Part shown: in pieces, positions 10,155 through 18,452 of the stretch
How the letters are laid out: every line of letters starts with the position of its first letter
Numbering within the stretch: the stretch's first letter is position 1
Assembly: GCA_016182085.1 (NCBI GenBank)
Contig: JACOYB010000005.1
Span: 1,013 to 65,012, forward strand
DNA: 64,000 nucleotides
DNA from: Candidatus Magasanikiibacteriota bacterium
GTDB lineage: Bacteria > Patescibacteriota > Patescibacteriia > Magasanikbacterales > GWA2-37-8
Reading direction: 5' to 3'
Translations under genes and position numbers: made by a program
Notes under the pieces: generated by a model
The model's database searches: none
What the model was told of the DNA's origin: nothing
What the model saw: only the letters and a program-made list of their open reading frames with translations

Positions 10155-10206
10155 GTCCGCTCGGCGGACGCCAAAAGCAAACTTTTCTAATATAATGTAA
10201 TTTTAT

Positions 10207-11694
10207 ATGGCCAAATACTTTTTGTACGCTCGCAAGTCTAGCGAATCGGAAGAGCGTCAGGTTATGTCGATTGACGCTCAAATCGACGAGTTAAAAGAAT
10301 TTGCCGTCAAAGAAAAACTTGAAATCGTCGCCTCGCTTTGCGAGGCAAAAACTGCCAAACAACCTGGCCGAACTTTGTTCGGCGAAATGTTATCGCGAAT
10401 TGATGCCGGCGAGGCCGACGGCATTTTGGCTTGGCACCCCGACCGCCTAGCCCGCAACAGCGTGGATGGCGGTCGGATAATATATATGTTGGACACTGGT
10501 AAAATAAATTCCCTCAAATTTCCAACGTTTTGGTTTGACAACACACCGCAAGGAAAGTTTATGCTTAATATTTCTTTCGGCCAAAGCAAATATTATGTAG
10601 ATAATCTAAGTGAAAATGTGAAACGTGGAATAAGGCAAAAACTCCGCAAAGGAATTTGGCCGGGGAAAGCTCCGTTTGGATATAATAATGACCTGCGCCA
10701 TCACACCATACTCCCCGACCCCGAAAAGCATAAACTTGTAAAAAGGATTTTTGAATTATATGCGACCGGCGAATATACTTTTGAACAACTAATACAAAAA
10801 TTTGATATTCGTACTAAGACGAACAAAATAATGATGCCGGGCGACATGCAACATATTCTCAAAAATCCTTTTTACAGCGGCGTGTTTCGTTTCAACAACG
10901 AACTCCACCAGGGTACGCATAAACCGATAATAACAAAGAAACTTTTTGACGATGCCCAAGCGGTAATGGCAGCCAGAGGAAAACGCCGCAAGAAAAGCAG
11001 TCATGGATATATTTTTACCGACCTAATGAGTTGCGGGAATTGTGGCCGAGCCATTACCGCCGAAAAGCAAAAAGGTCATGTTTATTATCGCTGTACAAAG
11101 AAACGAACTAACTGCGATGAAAAATATATCCGCGAGGAAGAACTGCTAAGCCAGTTTAGAGACACATTACAAAAAGTTTCTTTGTCAGACGACTGGACCA
11201 AAAATTTGCTTGCTAAACTGGACGAGGAGCAAGCATCCGCAATCCAGTCGTCTAGCGTCCTTGTTCAGGCCGTAGAAGGACAAATAATGCCCATTAAGAC
11301 TAAGATGGACAAACTCCTTGATTCCCATTTAGACGGCATTATTGATAAACAAGATTACGTAAACAAAAAAGAAAAACTCCTAAATGAAAAACTTGATCTG
11401 GAAGCCAAAATTAAAGAAGTGAGGAACAAGGGCAACGATTGGCTCGAACCGATGAGGGAATTTATTTTAGACAGTTGCCAAGCCAAAAAAATCGCCGCGA
11501 ACGGCGATTCTCTTCAAATTCGAACATTTCTTAAAAAAATAGGCTCGAACTTTACGGTGAAAGGCAAAAAATTTGATTGGTTAGCGAAAAGGGGCTGGAA
11601 AATTATGCCCGATTTTGGCCGGTTTCCGACTGTGCAGGCCCGCTCGGATTCGAACCGAGAACCTCGGTTTTGGAGACCGATGTTTTACCATTGA
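10207..11694 (+). CDS. Large serine recombinase (resolvase + recombinase + Zn-ribbon + coiled coil)
   Basis: YARKSS catalytic Ser, DRLAR, SENVKRG, APFGY, NPFYSG, CGNCG...YYRC..C. Confidence 0.93.
   Translation: MAKYFLYARKSSESEERQVMSIDAQIDELKEFAVKEKLEIVASLCEAKTAKQPGRTLFGEMLSRIDAGEADGILAWHPDRLARNSVDGGRIIYMLDTGKINSLKFPTFWFDNTPQGKFMLNISFGQSKYYVDNLSENVKRGIRQKLRKGIWPGKAPFGYNNDLRHHTILPDPEKHKLVKRIFELYATGEYTFEQLIQKFDIRTKTNKIMMPGDMQHILKNPFYSGVFRFNNELHQGTHKPIITKKLFDDAQAVMAARGKRRKKSSHGYIFTDLMSCGNCGRAITAEKQKGHVYYRCTKKRTNCDEKYIREEELLSQFRDTLQKVSLSDDWTKNLLAKLDEEQASAIQSSSVLVQAVEGQIMPIKTKMDKLLDSHLDGIIDKQDYVNKKEKLLNEKLDLEAKIKEVRNKGNDWLEPMREFILDSCQAKKIAANGDSLQIRTFLKKIGSNFTVKGKKFDWLAKRGWKIMPDFGRFPTVQARSDSNREPRFWRPMFYH
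11560..11637 (+). repeat. att-like site S3 (A arm + GCAG joined to tRNA-Trp 3' end), probable right junction
   Basis: Similar to S1 and S2 up to GCAG, then switches to tRNA sequence. Confidence 0.8.
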
Positions 11695-11706
11695 AACTAC
11701 AGGCCT
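11635..11706 (-). tRNA. tRNA-Trp(CCA)
   Basis: AGGCCTG...TCGGT CT CCA AA ACCGA...GTTCGAATC...CGGGCCTG; 3' CCA not encoded. Confidence 0.95.
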
Positions 11707-11752
11707 AAGGAACAAACCCCGCCCGAAAATTATCAGAGCGGGGTTTATTTTT

Positions 11753-11908
11753 TTACTTGGTCTCTTTATGAGTGGTGTGCTTCTTGCAAAACTTGCAGAA
11801 CTTTTCCAACTCCAAACGATTCTTCAAAACTTTTTTATTTTTGTTTGGAAAATAGTTCATACGTTTGCATTCCGTACACTCCATTTTCACCCTATTATCT
11901 TGGGACAT
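11753..11908 (-). CDS. rpmG: 50S ribosomal protein L33 (Zn-ribbon type)
   Basis: [19 protein letters not shown]...[21 protein letters not shown], 51 aa, manual translation. Confidence 0.95.
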   Translation of the reverse strand: MSQDNRVKMECTECKRMNYFPNKNKKVLKNRLELEKFCKFCKKHTTHKETK

Positions 11909-11947
11909 ATTTTTAAATAAATTATTAATTTTTTAAAACTCGACTCG

Positions 11948-12020
11948 AGCCGTTGTCGGGAATTGAACCCGAGACCTTTTCCTTACCATGGAAATGCTCT
12001 ACCATCTGAGCTACAACGGC
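11948..12020 (-). tRNA. tRNA-Thr(GGT)
   Basis: GCCGTTG...TTTCC AT GGT AA GGAAA...GTTCAATTC...CAACGGCT. Confidence 0.95.
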
Positions 12021-12091
12021 ATTGATAGTTATAAAGTTAAAAGTTATAAAGTCCAACCAAACTTTCAACTTACGCCGCTCGCGCGGCGTTG

Positions 12092-12173
12092 TGGGTGGAG
12101 TAGGATTCGAACCTACGAAGGCGGAGCCAACAGATTTACAGTCTGCTCCCTTTGACCGCTCGGGAATCCACCC
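12092..12173 (-). tRNA. tRNA-Tyr(GTA)
   Basis: GGGTGGA...GCAGA CT GTA AA TCTGT, long variable arm, GTTCGAATC. Confidence 0.95.
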
Positions 12174-12194
12174 ATTTGACTTTAATTTAAAGTC

Positions 12195-12270
12195 TGGAGC
12201 CGTCTCGGGGGCTCGAACCCCGGACCCACAGTTTACAAAACTGTTGCTCTACCAGCTGAGCTAAGACGGC
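12195..12270 (-). tRNA. tRNA-Thr(TGT)
   Basis: GCCGTCT...ACAGT TT TGT AA ACTGT...AGACGGCTCCA. Confidence 0.95.
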
Positions 12271-12292
12271 GATTTACTAGATTATTATACTA

Positions 12293-12419
12293 CCACAGTT
12301 TATGCCGCCTCGAGGCGGCACCCCGCTGTGACGGTGGCAAAACTGTTGCTCCCCGCCCGCAACGCCTGAGCAAGCTCAAGCTTGTGATGGCGGGCAGGTA
12401 CCAGCTGAGCTAAGACGGC
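12293..12419 (-). pseudogene. Duplicated 5' part of tRNA-Thr(TGT) broken by two hairpin insertions
   Basis: GCCGTCTTAGCTCAGCTGGTA[ins]GAGCAACAGTTTTG[ins]TAAACTGTGG matches the neighbouring tRNA once the inserts are removed. Confidence 0.85.
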
Positions 12420-12446
12420 ACTTCACTGGCCTCGTCATGCCAGTCT

Positions 12447-13355
12447 TTATATTTTATAAATTCTATCTTTAAGGTTATGTAATTTCTGATTTTCGGGATT
12501 GACTAACCGCAAATCGCCATACGCCTTAATAGCCAATGGCTTATCGCCGCATATTATAGCAATTTCAATCAGGAAGTCAAGGTACTTTGGATTTTGAGGT
12601 TCTAGCTCTACAGCCTGCAATATGGACTCTTTAGCCACCTGGGGCTGGCCTACCTTTAACAGCAGTTCGGAAAGGTGGTAAAATCGAGGTGAAAACGAAT
12701 CATTGACCAAAACCGCCCGTTGGTAATACTCTATCGCCTCTTCCAAATCACCCTGACTTTCGGCAATTTCTGCTAGTTTTACGAGGACATTGTCATCATC
12801 CGGTTCCATTTTGATAAGGAACTGATACGTTTGCCTGGCTTCTTCTACGGAATTTTTAGCTAGATATGTATCGCCTAATCCTCTATACGCGCTCGTGGAT
12901 TTAGGGTCATTTTTTATGGCTGTAATAAATCGTTCCTCGGCTTGATCGTAATTTCCCTCATTTAAATGCTGTTCGCCCTCAATTATTAATTGTGATAATT
13001 TTTCTTCTTGGTTTTCCACCGGCAGAGCTTCATTCTTTAATTTTGTTTTTAATGCCTGCTCGTGATGCAGCATGCGTTCAATTTTACCGACATAAATTCT
13101 AAATTGCAGCTGCAGTTTGCCCCACAACGCTTTGCGCAGCGGCCCAAAGATTTTCATGATCTTTTTTTTGAGCAAACTTGTATTTTCTTCAATGCGTTTG
13201 TTTATAATCTCTTTTTTCTTGCGATATATTTTTTCTTCCTGCAAATTTTTAATATCTAAATTGGCGAGCTGCGGAAATTTATGAATAACAACAAACACGA
13301 CTACTCCCAAGGCAATGGCACCGATTATTAAAAATATCGCGGACAACATATACAT
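12447..13355 (-). CDS. Membrane-anchored TPR protein
   Basis: N-terminal TM helix; repeated AYRGLGDTY / LVKLAEIAE TPR helices. Confidence 0.8.
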   Translation of the reverse strand: MYMLSAIFLIIGAIALGVVVFVVIHKFPQLANLDIKNLQEEKIYRKKKEIINKRIEENTSLLKKKIMKIFGPLRKALWGKLQLQFRIYVGKIERMLHHEQALKTKLKNEALPVENQEEKLSQLIIEGEQHLNEGNYDQAEERFITAIKNDPKSTSAYRGLGDTYLAKNSVEEARQTYQFLIKMEPDDDNVLVKLAEIAESQGDLEEAIEYYQRAVLVNDSFSPRFYHLSELLLKVGQPQVAKESILQAVELEPQNPKYLDFLIEIAIICGDKPLAIKAYGDLRLVNPENQKLHNLKDRIYKI

Positions 13356-14102
13356 TTATCTAAAAGAATCTACAATCGCTTCCCAGCTTTCAATGTTTGC
13401 CGAGGCTGCGCCGACAAGCACGCCGCTAATATTTGGATTATTTAAATACTGTTGCACGTTTTCCGGACGCACGCTGCCGCCATAGAGAATCACAGGCGTA
13501 ACACCGGTTAAGGCTATGACTTGTTTTTTGATCAGTTCATGCATGCGTTCGGCTTCTACCGGATCACAGGCCTGGCCAGTGCCGATTGCCCAAACAGGTT
13601 CGTAAGCCACAATAAGTTCCTTGTTTTCCGGCCAGGCAATATTATGGAATGCGGATCTGATTTGAGTTTCAATTGTCTCTTCAGTTTTATTACTCTGTCT
13701 TTCATGTTCTGTCTCACCCACACAAATTACGGGCACAAGACTCGCGGCCAGCGCAGCTTCCACTTTTTGTCTGACCTCGTGATTGGTCTCATTAAATATA
13801 TGACGCCGTTCAGAATGACCCACCAGCGCGTAGGTACAACCCGCGGCTTTATACATATGGGCTGAAATTTCGCCGGTATAACCGCCTTTATCTATCCAAT
13901 AAATATTTTGCGCGCCGGTACTAATTGGCGTATCTTTTAAAGTTTTAGATACATCGGACAGCGCCAGAGCGCTTGGAAAAACCGCCATAACAATATGTTC
14001 CGGCAGCGTTAACTTTTTCGCGAGCGCCAAAGCCAAGGCCTCACTTTCACTGTGATCCAAGTACATTTTCCAATTGGCGAATAAATATTTTTTGTCGCTC
14101 AT
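13356..14102 (-). CDS. tpiA: Triosephosphate isomerase
   Basis: ANWKM, VGHSERR, AYEPVWAIGTG, LYGGSV. Confidence 0.97.
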   Translation of the reverse strand: MSDKKYLFANWKMYLDHSESEALALALAKKLTLPEHIVMAVFPSALALSDVSKTLKDTPISTGAQNIYWIDKGGYTGEISAHMYKAAGCTYALVGHSERRHIFNETNHEVRQKVEAALAASLVPVICVGETEHERQSNKTEETIETQIRSAFHNIAWPENKELIVAYEPVWAIGTGQACDPVEAERMHELIKKQVIALTGVTPVILYGGSVRPENVQQYLNNPNISGVLVGAASANIESWEAIVDSFR

Positions 14103-14114
14103 ATATTTTGACAG

Positions 14115-14144
14115 AGATCCTTCGGTTTTAACCTCAGGATGACA
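14115..14144. repeat. Partial REP-like element (GATCCTTCGG...CTCAGGATGACA)
   Basis: Matches the right half of the element at 15458-15529. Confidence 0.6.
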
Positions 14145-14160
14145 GTTATTAAAACAACTG

Positions 14161-15444
14161 TCACTTTAATAAACTAAGAACTTTGGCTTTGTTCATTGGA
14201 CTGATAACGGCAAAACGAGCTTGGCTCATATTAAATATTTTATTAGCCATTCGTTTTACATCCGCGGCTGTAACCTTATTTATTTTTTTCACCACTTGTT
14301 CGTATGTTTGAATTGAATCGGCAAACCAAAACTGCTTGGAAAACCATTGGGCCTGGGCGCTGGAATTTTCCATTGATAATTCCATGCGTCCGGCAATATT
14401 GCTTTTCGCATCCGCCAGTTCTTTAGCCGAAACTGTTTCTTTTTGAATTTTTTCTAACTCGGTTTTTATCACTTTCACGGCATCCCCCAGTCTGGATGGA
14501 TCAAGACCGGCTTGAATACTGGCAATACCGACATCTTTAAAAGATCCGGAATCAGTACGAACCACATACGCTAAACCTCGCTTTTCGCGCACTTCCACAA
14601 ACAGCCGCGAACTCATGCCGCCGCCTAAAATATTTAAGAGCACCGAAAGCGCGTATCTGTCTTTATCATTATAATGAAGACCGGGAAAACCCATAATCAT
14701 CTGCGCTTGATCCAATTTTCTTTCGGAAATCATGACTCTGTCAGCCAAAGGCAGCGCTTTATTGCTCCAGACAAATTTTTTAAATTTATTTTTTAATTCT
14801 TTTTCCCCGGCGCCGGCAGGAGCATTAAAATAGTTGAGCGCTTTTTTTAATTTTGAATTATTTATGTTACCGGCTACCACAAGCACCATATTGCCCGGGA
14901 AATAATAATTCTTATAGTATTTCCATAACTGCTCACGACTTACACCGCGTACGGTATCGGGCGTACCGCCGATATCCCATCCGAGCGGATGATCATCGCC
15001 AAACATTACGCGTTCGGACAAATTCTCCACGGCCATTACGGGATTATCTTCATACATACGAACCTCCTCCACGATCACGCCTTTTTCCTTTTCTACTTCT
15101 TGCGTGTCAAATTTAGAATTAAAAATTATATCTGCCAGCCAATCAAAGGCTTTTTCCATATTTACTTCACCGGTTTTTACGTAATAACCGGTGTAATCTT
15201 TGGAAGTAAACGCGTTATACTCCGCTCCAAACGCGTCCAATTCACGGGTAATTTCCAAATGAGTCGGGCGTTTTTTCGTGCCTTTAAACATCATGTGTTC
15301 CACGAAATGGGACGAGCCTGACATTTGCTTTTGTTCATAACGCGAACCAACCGGAAACATAGCCATGATAGTGAGGGCTTTGGTGCCACTAACGGGAACC
15401 TTGATAAGTGTAATGCCGTTTTTTAATTTGGAAATTTTGTACAT
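14161..15444 (-). CDS. M16 family zinc peptidase
   Basis: HFVEHMMFKGT (HxxEH), NAFTS, GGGMSSRLFVEVREKRGLAY. Confidence 0.95.
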   Translation of the reverse strand: MYKISKLKNGITLIKVPVSGTKALTIMAMFPVGSRYEQKQMSGSSHFVEHMMFKGTKKRPTHLEITRELDAFGAEYNAFTSKDYTGYYVKTGEVNMEKAFDWLADIIFNSKFDTQEVEKEKGVIVEEVRMYEDNPVMAVENLSERVMFGDDHPLGWDIGGTPDTVRGVSREQLWKYYKNYYFPGNMVLVVAGNINNSKLKKALNYFNAPAGAGEKELKNKFKKFVWSNKALPLADRVMISERKLDQAQMIMGFPGLHYNDKDRYALSVLLNILGGGMSSRLFVEVREKRGLAYVVRTDSGSFKDVGIASIQAGLDPSRLGDAVKVIKTELEKIQKETVSAKELADAKSNIAGRMELSMENSSAQAQWFSKQFWFADSIQTYEQVVKKINKVTAADVKRMANKIFNMSQARFAVISPMNKAKVLSLLK

Positions 15445-15457
15445 ATTCTTTATTATT

Positions 15458-15529
15458 TGTCATTCCGACCAGGGTGGAGGAATCCCTTATACCCGACGAG
15501 AGGGATCCTTCGGCAAGCTCAGGATGACG
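15458..15529. repeat. REP-like palindromic element GTCATTCC...GGATGAC
   Basis: Terminal GTCAT/ATGAC inverted ends with an internal ATCCCT/AGGGAT stem. Confidence 0.65.
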
Positions 15530-15533
15530 GTGA

Positions 15534-16913
15534 TTAGGCAAATTTTTCCTTTAAATAATCCCGCAACTCATTCATAGGCACTCTATCTTGTTGCATGCTA
15601 TCTCTATCCCTCACCGTCACTTTTTTGTCTTCCAGTGAATCAAAATCCAAAGTCACGCAATATGGCGTGCCGATTTCATCCTGGCGGCGATAGCGTTTGC
15701 CGATACTTTGGGTTTCATCATATTCCACGGAAAAATCTTTGCGCAAATTTGCCGCCAACTCTTTGGCTACGCTAGATAATTCTTCTTTTTTGGAAAGCGG
15801 TAAAACTGCAACTTGCACCGGCGCCAAATGTTTGGGGAATTTCATAACTACTCGCGTTTCAGTCTCTCCGGCTTCGGATGTTGGCGCCGCTTCTTCGTGA
15901 TACGCTTCAAGCAAACACACCAGCAACATACGGTCTATACCGAATGTCGGCTCAATCACATGCGGAACAAACTTTTCATTTGTTTCCGGATCAGTATAGT
16001 GCAAATCTTGTCCGCTTACAGTTTCATGTCTGCTCAAATCAAAATCCGTGCGGTAAGCAATTCCGTGGAGTTCTTTGACGCCAAACGGATATTTATATTC
16101 AATATCTACCGTGCGTTTACTGTAAAAAGCTCTGTCTTTGTCAGGAATTTCATGCCAGACCAAATTATCCATATTTATTTGCATAATATCCTTCCACCAG
16201 CGCTTTATTTCTCCCAACCACATTTCAAAAACTGTTTCCCAATCTTTTGGGCTGATAAAATACTCAAATTCACCGATCTCAAATTCACGAGTGCGGAAAA
16301 TAAAATTGCCCGGCGTGATTTCGTTGCGGAAATTTTTGCCAATTTGAGCAATACCAAACGGCAATCGGCGGCGAGTTACATTTAAAATATTTTTGAAATT
16401 TACAAACATACCGGCAGCGCACTCACCACGTAAATAAGCTACAGCAGCACTATCTTCAGTAGGACCCAAATATGTTTTCATGAGTAAATTAAAATTCTTT
16501 GCAGGTGTTAATTTTCCACCGCAATTAGGACATGGGATTTCTGTAACGCTTATTGGCAGCTCTTTATCATAACCCGGCTCAGCACCGCGCGCTTCCAGCA
16601 AATGATCCTCACGAAAACGATGATGACAACTTTTACATTCTACCAGTGGATCGGTAAAATTTTTCAAATGCCCCGAAGCTTCCCAAACCTTGGGGTTCAT
16701 AATAATTGCCGTATCAAGCGGTACCATATCGCCTCTTTCCTGCACAAAGAATTTCCACCAAGCCTTTTTGATGTTTTGTTTTAGTAAATGACCTAATGGG
16801 CCATAGTCCCAGCTATTGGCCAAACCGCCATAAATCTCGCTGCCAGGGAACACAAAACCGCGCCGTTTGGCCAGAGACACTATTTTATCCATTAAATCGT
16901 TTTGTTCTGACAT
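15534..16913 (-). CDS. glyQS: Glycine-tRNA ligase, alpha2 type
   Basis: LAKRRGF, WDYGPLG, FRNEITPGNFIFRTREFE, HVIEP, IGKRYRRQDEIGTP; start moved to MSEQND (16913). Confidence 0.95.
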   Translation of the reverse strand: MSEQNDLMDKIVSLAKRRGFVFPGSEIYGGLANSWDYGPLGHLLKQNIKKAWWKFFVQERGDMVPLDTAIIMNPKVWEASGHLKNFTDPLVECKSCHHRFREDHLLEARGAEPGYDKELPISVTEIPCPNCGGKLTPAKNFNLLMKTYLGPTEDSAAVAYLRGECAAGMFVNFKNILNVTRRRLPFGIAQIGKNFRNEITPGNFIFRTREFEIGEFEYFISPKDWETVFEMWLGEIKRWWKDIMQINMDNLVWHEIPDKDRAFYSKRTVDIEYKYPFGVKELHGIAYRTDFDLSRHETVSGQDLHYTDPETNEKFVPHVIEPTFGIDRMLLVCLLEAYHEEAAPTSEAGETETRVVMKFPKHLAPVQVAVLPLSKKEELSSVAKELAANLRKDFSVEYDETQSIGKRYRRQDEIGTPYCVTLDFDSLEDKKVTVRDRDSMQQDRVPMNELRDYLKEKFA

Positions 16914-16920
16914 ATACCTA

Positions 16921-17064
16921 TTGACAGTTGTTAAAATTATGTTTATACTATTGGCTCCGGCATTGTAGTAAGTCAACGGGCGTTTACCTAGCGGCCACGG
17001 GAATTTCCCCCCTTCCCAAGGCAAGCTTGCCCTGACGACACTCTACTTTGCCGGACTTTTTTTT
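16921..17064 (+). ncRNA. Putative ~105-nt rod-shaped ncRNA with its own promoter, antisense to the glyQS leader
   Basis: TTGACA(16921)-17-TATACT(16944); nested stems TCCGGCA/TGCCGGA, GTAG/CTAC, GTCA/TGAC, GGGCG/TGCCC, GGGAA/TTCCC; followed by T8. Confidence 0.6.
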
Positions 17065-17092
17065 AAATTATTATACCAAAGTTTTACTAAAC

Positions 17093-17237
17093 AAAAAAGG
17101 CCTCTGTAGGCCTTGGGGTCCCGATTTTATCGGGATGGTTCCACCCAAGTTTTTTTCGCTATTCTCAGCGAAAAACACTCTTTTGAATTACGGCTTACTC
17201 CAAAGGCGCCAACCTTCTTCATCGCTTGCCGAACTCT
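17093..17237 (-). promoter_or_regulatory. T-box riboswitch (Gly) upstream of glyQS
   Basis: AACTTGGG-TGGAACC T-box bulge, antiterminator helices, terminator AAGGCCT-ACAG-AGGCCTTTTTT, GGC specifier candidate, promoter TTGACT-17-TATAGT at 17244-17272. Confidence 0.8.
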
Positions 17238-17268
17238 GTATAAACTATACCTAAATTGTGCAGAATAG

Positions 17269-17889
17269 TCAATTTATATATTTAGTGGATTCAGCAGCCA
17301 CATCAATTAGATCGGCAAATTCTTTTACCGACAATCCAAGCTCTTCGGCCGTAAACTTGAAATCTCTTTGCATATCAAGAAATTTATTATAAAAAGCCTT
17401 TCTCATCCCAGCCTCTTCCCAAGGAACTTCTCTTAAGGCTAACTTCAAAAAACCGCAGGTCACTTTACGGTTAAGGCTATCCAATTCGTTTGAGGAAAGT
17501 CCTAAATCTCTCAGCTCAATACCCTGTTCTCTGAGTACACCGATAGATGTTTTGACAAAAGTTGTTAGATTATCTCCGGCTACATACCCCGGAGCGATGA
17601 TTTCCCTAAACCGCGCGGCGTAATATGCTTTAAGCAATTCTTTTGCCTTATACTCTAAGTTTTCCAACATATCCGCATACATACCTGCTGCCGGATCTTT
17701 TTTCTGGGTTTTGCAGAACTCAAAGGACTTTACCGCTAAAGTTATCACCTCCTTAAAACCATCTAAAACACTGACTTTTTCTAAGTAACCGGGAAGTTTA
17801 CCAAGAATGTCTTCTACCTCTTTGATCCTGTTTTGAATGTCTTGCTCCCGCTCCGCATCTTGTTTCAAAAAGTCGCTTTTTTCTGACAT
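17269..17889 (-). CDS. Hypothetical helical protein
   Basis: 206-aa ORF directly downstream of frr; no motif recognised. Confidence 0.6.
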   Translation of the reverse strand: MSEKSDFLKQDAEREQDIQNRIKEVEDILGKLPGYLEKVSVLDGFKEVITLAVKSFEFCKTQKKDPAAGMYADMLENLEYKAKELLKAYYAARFREIIAPGYVAGDNLTTFVKTSIGVLREQGIELRDLGLSSNELDSLNRKVTCGFLKLALREVPWEEAGMRKAFYNKFLDMQRDFKFTAEELGLSVKEFADLIDVAAESTKYIN

Positions 17890-17892
17890 ATA

Positions 17893-18441
17893 TTAAATTG
17901 TATTTATCTCCGCTTCTTTCTTTTCGGTAATTTCTTTTACTTTGTCATTGTATTCTTTAACTGTTTTATCTAGTTCTTCTTCCAAGCGATACTTTTCATC
18001 TTCGGTAATTTCATCTCCATCTTCGGCGGCTTTTACCATTTCTTTTATTTCTTCACGCACTTTACGAACAGCAATTCTGGCGCCTTCTTCTTTTTGGTGC
18101 AAAACTTTTATTAGCTCGCCTCTGCGCTCGCTGGTAAGTTCAGGTAAAAAAATGCGAATCTGGCTGCCGGTATTTACCGGGCTGATACCTAAACCGGAAT
18201 CCCGAACGGCTTTTTCTATAGCAGATAAAATACTTTTGTCCCAGGGATCAATATTTACGGTTTTTGGATCTGGAATAGAAATAGAGGCCAGAGATTTGAG
18301 GGATTGATAAGTACCGTAAGCTTCTACGGAAATATCTTCAACAATCGCCGAGTTGGCGCGGCCCGTGCGAAGACCGGAAATATCTTCCTTAAAAAATTCA
18401 ACGGCCTTATCAAAATCACCCTTAAAATCTGAGATTTGCAT
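17893..18441 (-). CDS. frr: Ribosome recycling factor
   Basis: LRTGRA, PELTSERR, ARIAVRKVR, EKKEAEI. Confidence 0.95.
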   Translation of the reverse strand: MQISDFKGDFDKAVEFFKEDISGLRTGRANSAIVEDISVEAYGTYQSLKSLASISIPDPKTVNIDPWDKSILSAIEKAVRDSGLGISPVNTGSQIRIFLPELTSERRGELIKVLHQKEEGARIAVRKVREEIKEMVKAAEDGDEITEDEKYRLEEELDKTVKEYNDKVKEITEKKEAEINTI

Positions 18442-18452
18442 ACGACTAAGTA

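Larger units (their letters stand above)
1010..11637. mobile_element. Serine-recombinase defence island integrated at the tRNA-Trp 3' end
   Basis: Recombinase gene runs into tRNA-Trp; GTGCAG shared at 1008-1013 and 11632-11637; cargo is R-M and Thoeris-like genes. Confidence 0.75.

Noticed and set aside
949-11637. CRISPR array or DGR template/variable repeat interpretation of the repeats
   Set aside because: Only three widely spaced copies, no spacer periodicity, no cas or reverse transcriptase, and mismatches are not adenine-specific
11615-12264. Plus-strand ORFs 11615-11920 and 12022-12264
   Set aside because: Antisense shadows of rpmG and tRNAs
14805-14820. GC palindrome CCGGCGCCGG inside the M16 peptidase linker
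   Set aside because: Too short to distinguish from chance without orthologue alignment
16914-17024. N-terminal extension of GlyRS in the ORF track
   Set aside because: TTG start running through a structured non-coding region; GlyRS-like sequence begins at MSEQND
16956-17056. SRP (4.5S) RNA call for the hairpin
   Set aside because: No GNRA-capped helix 8 with the CAGG/AGCA loop, so left unassigned
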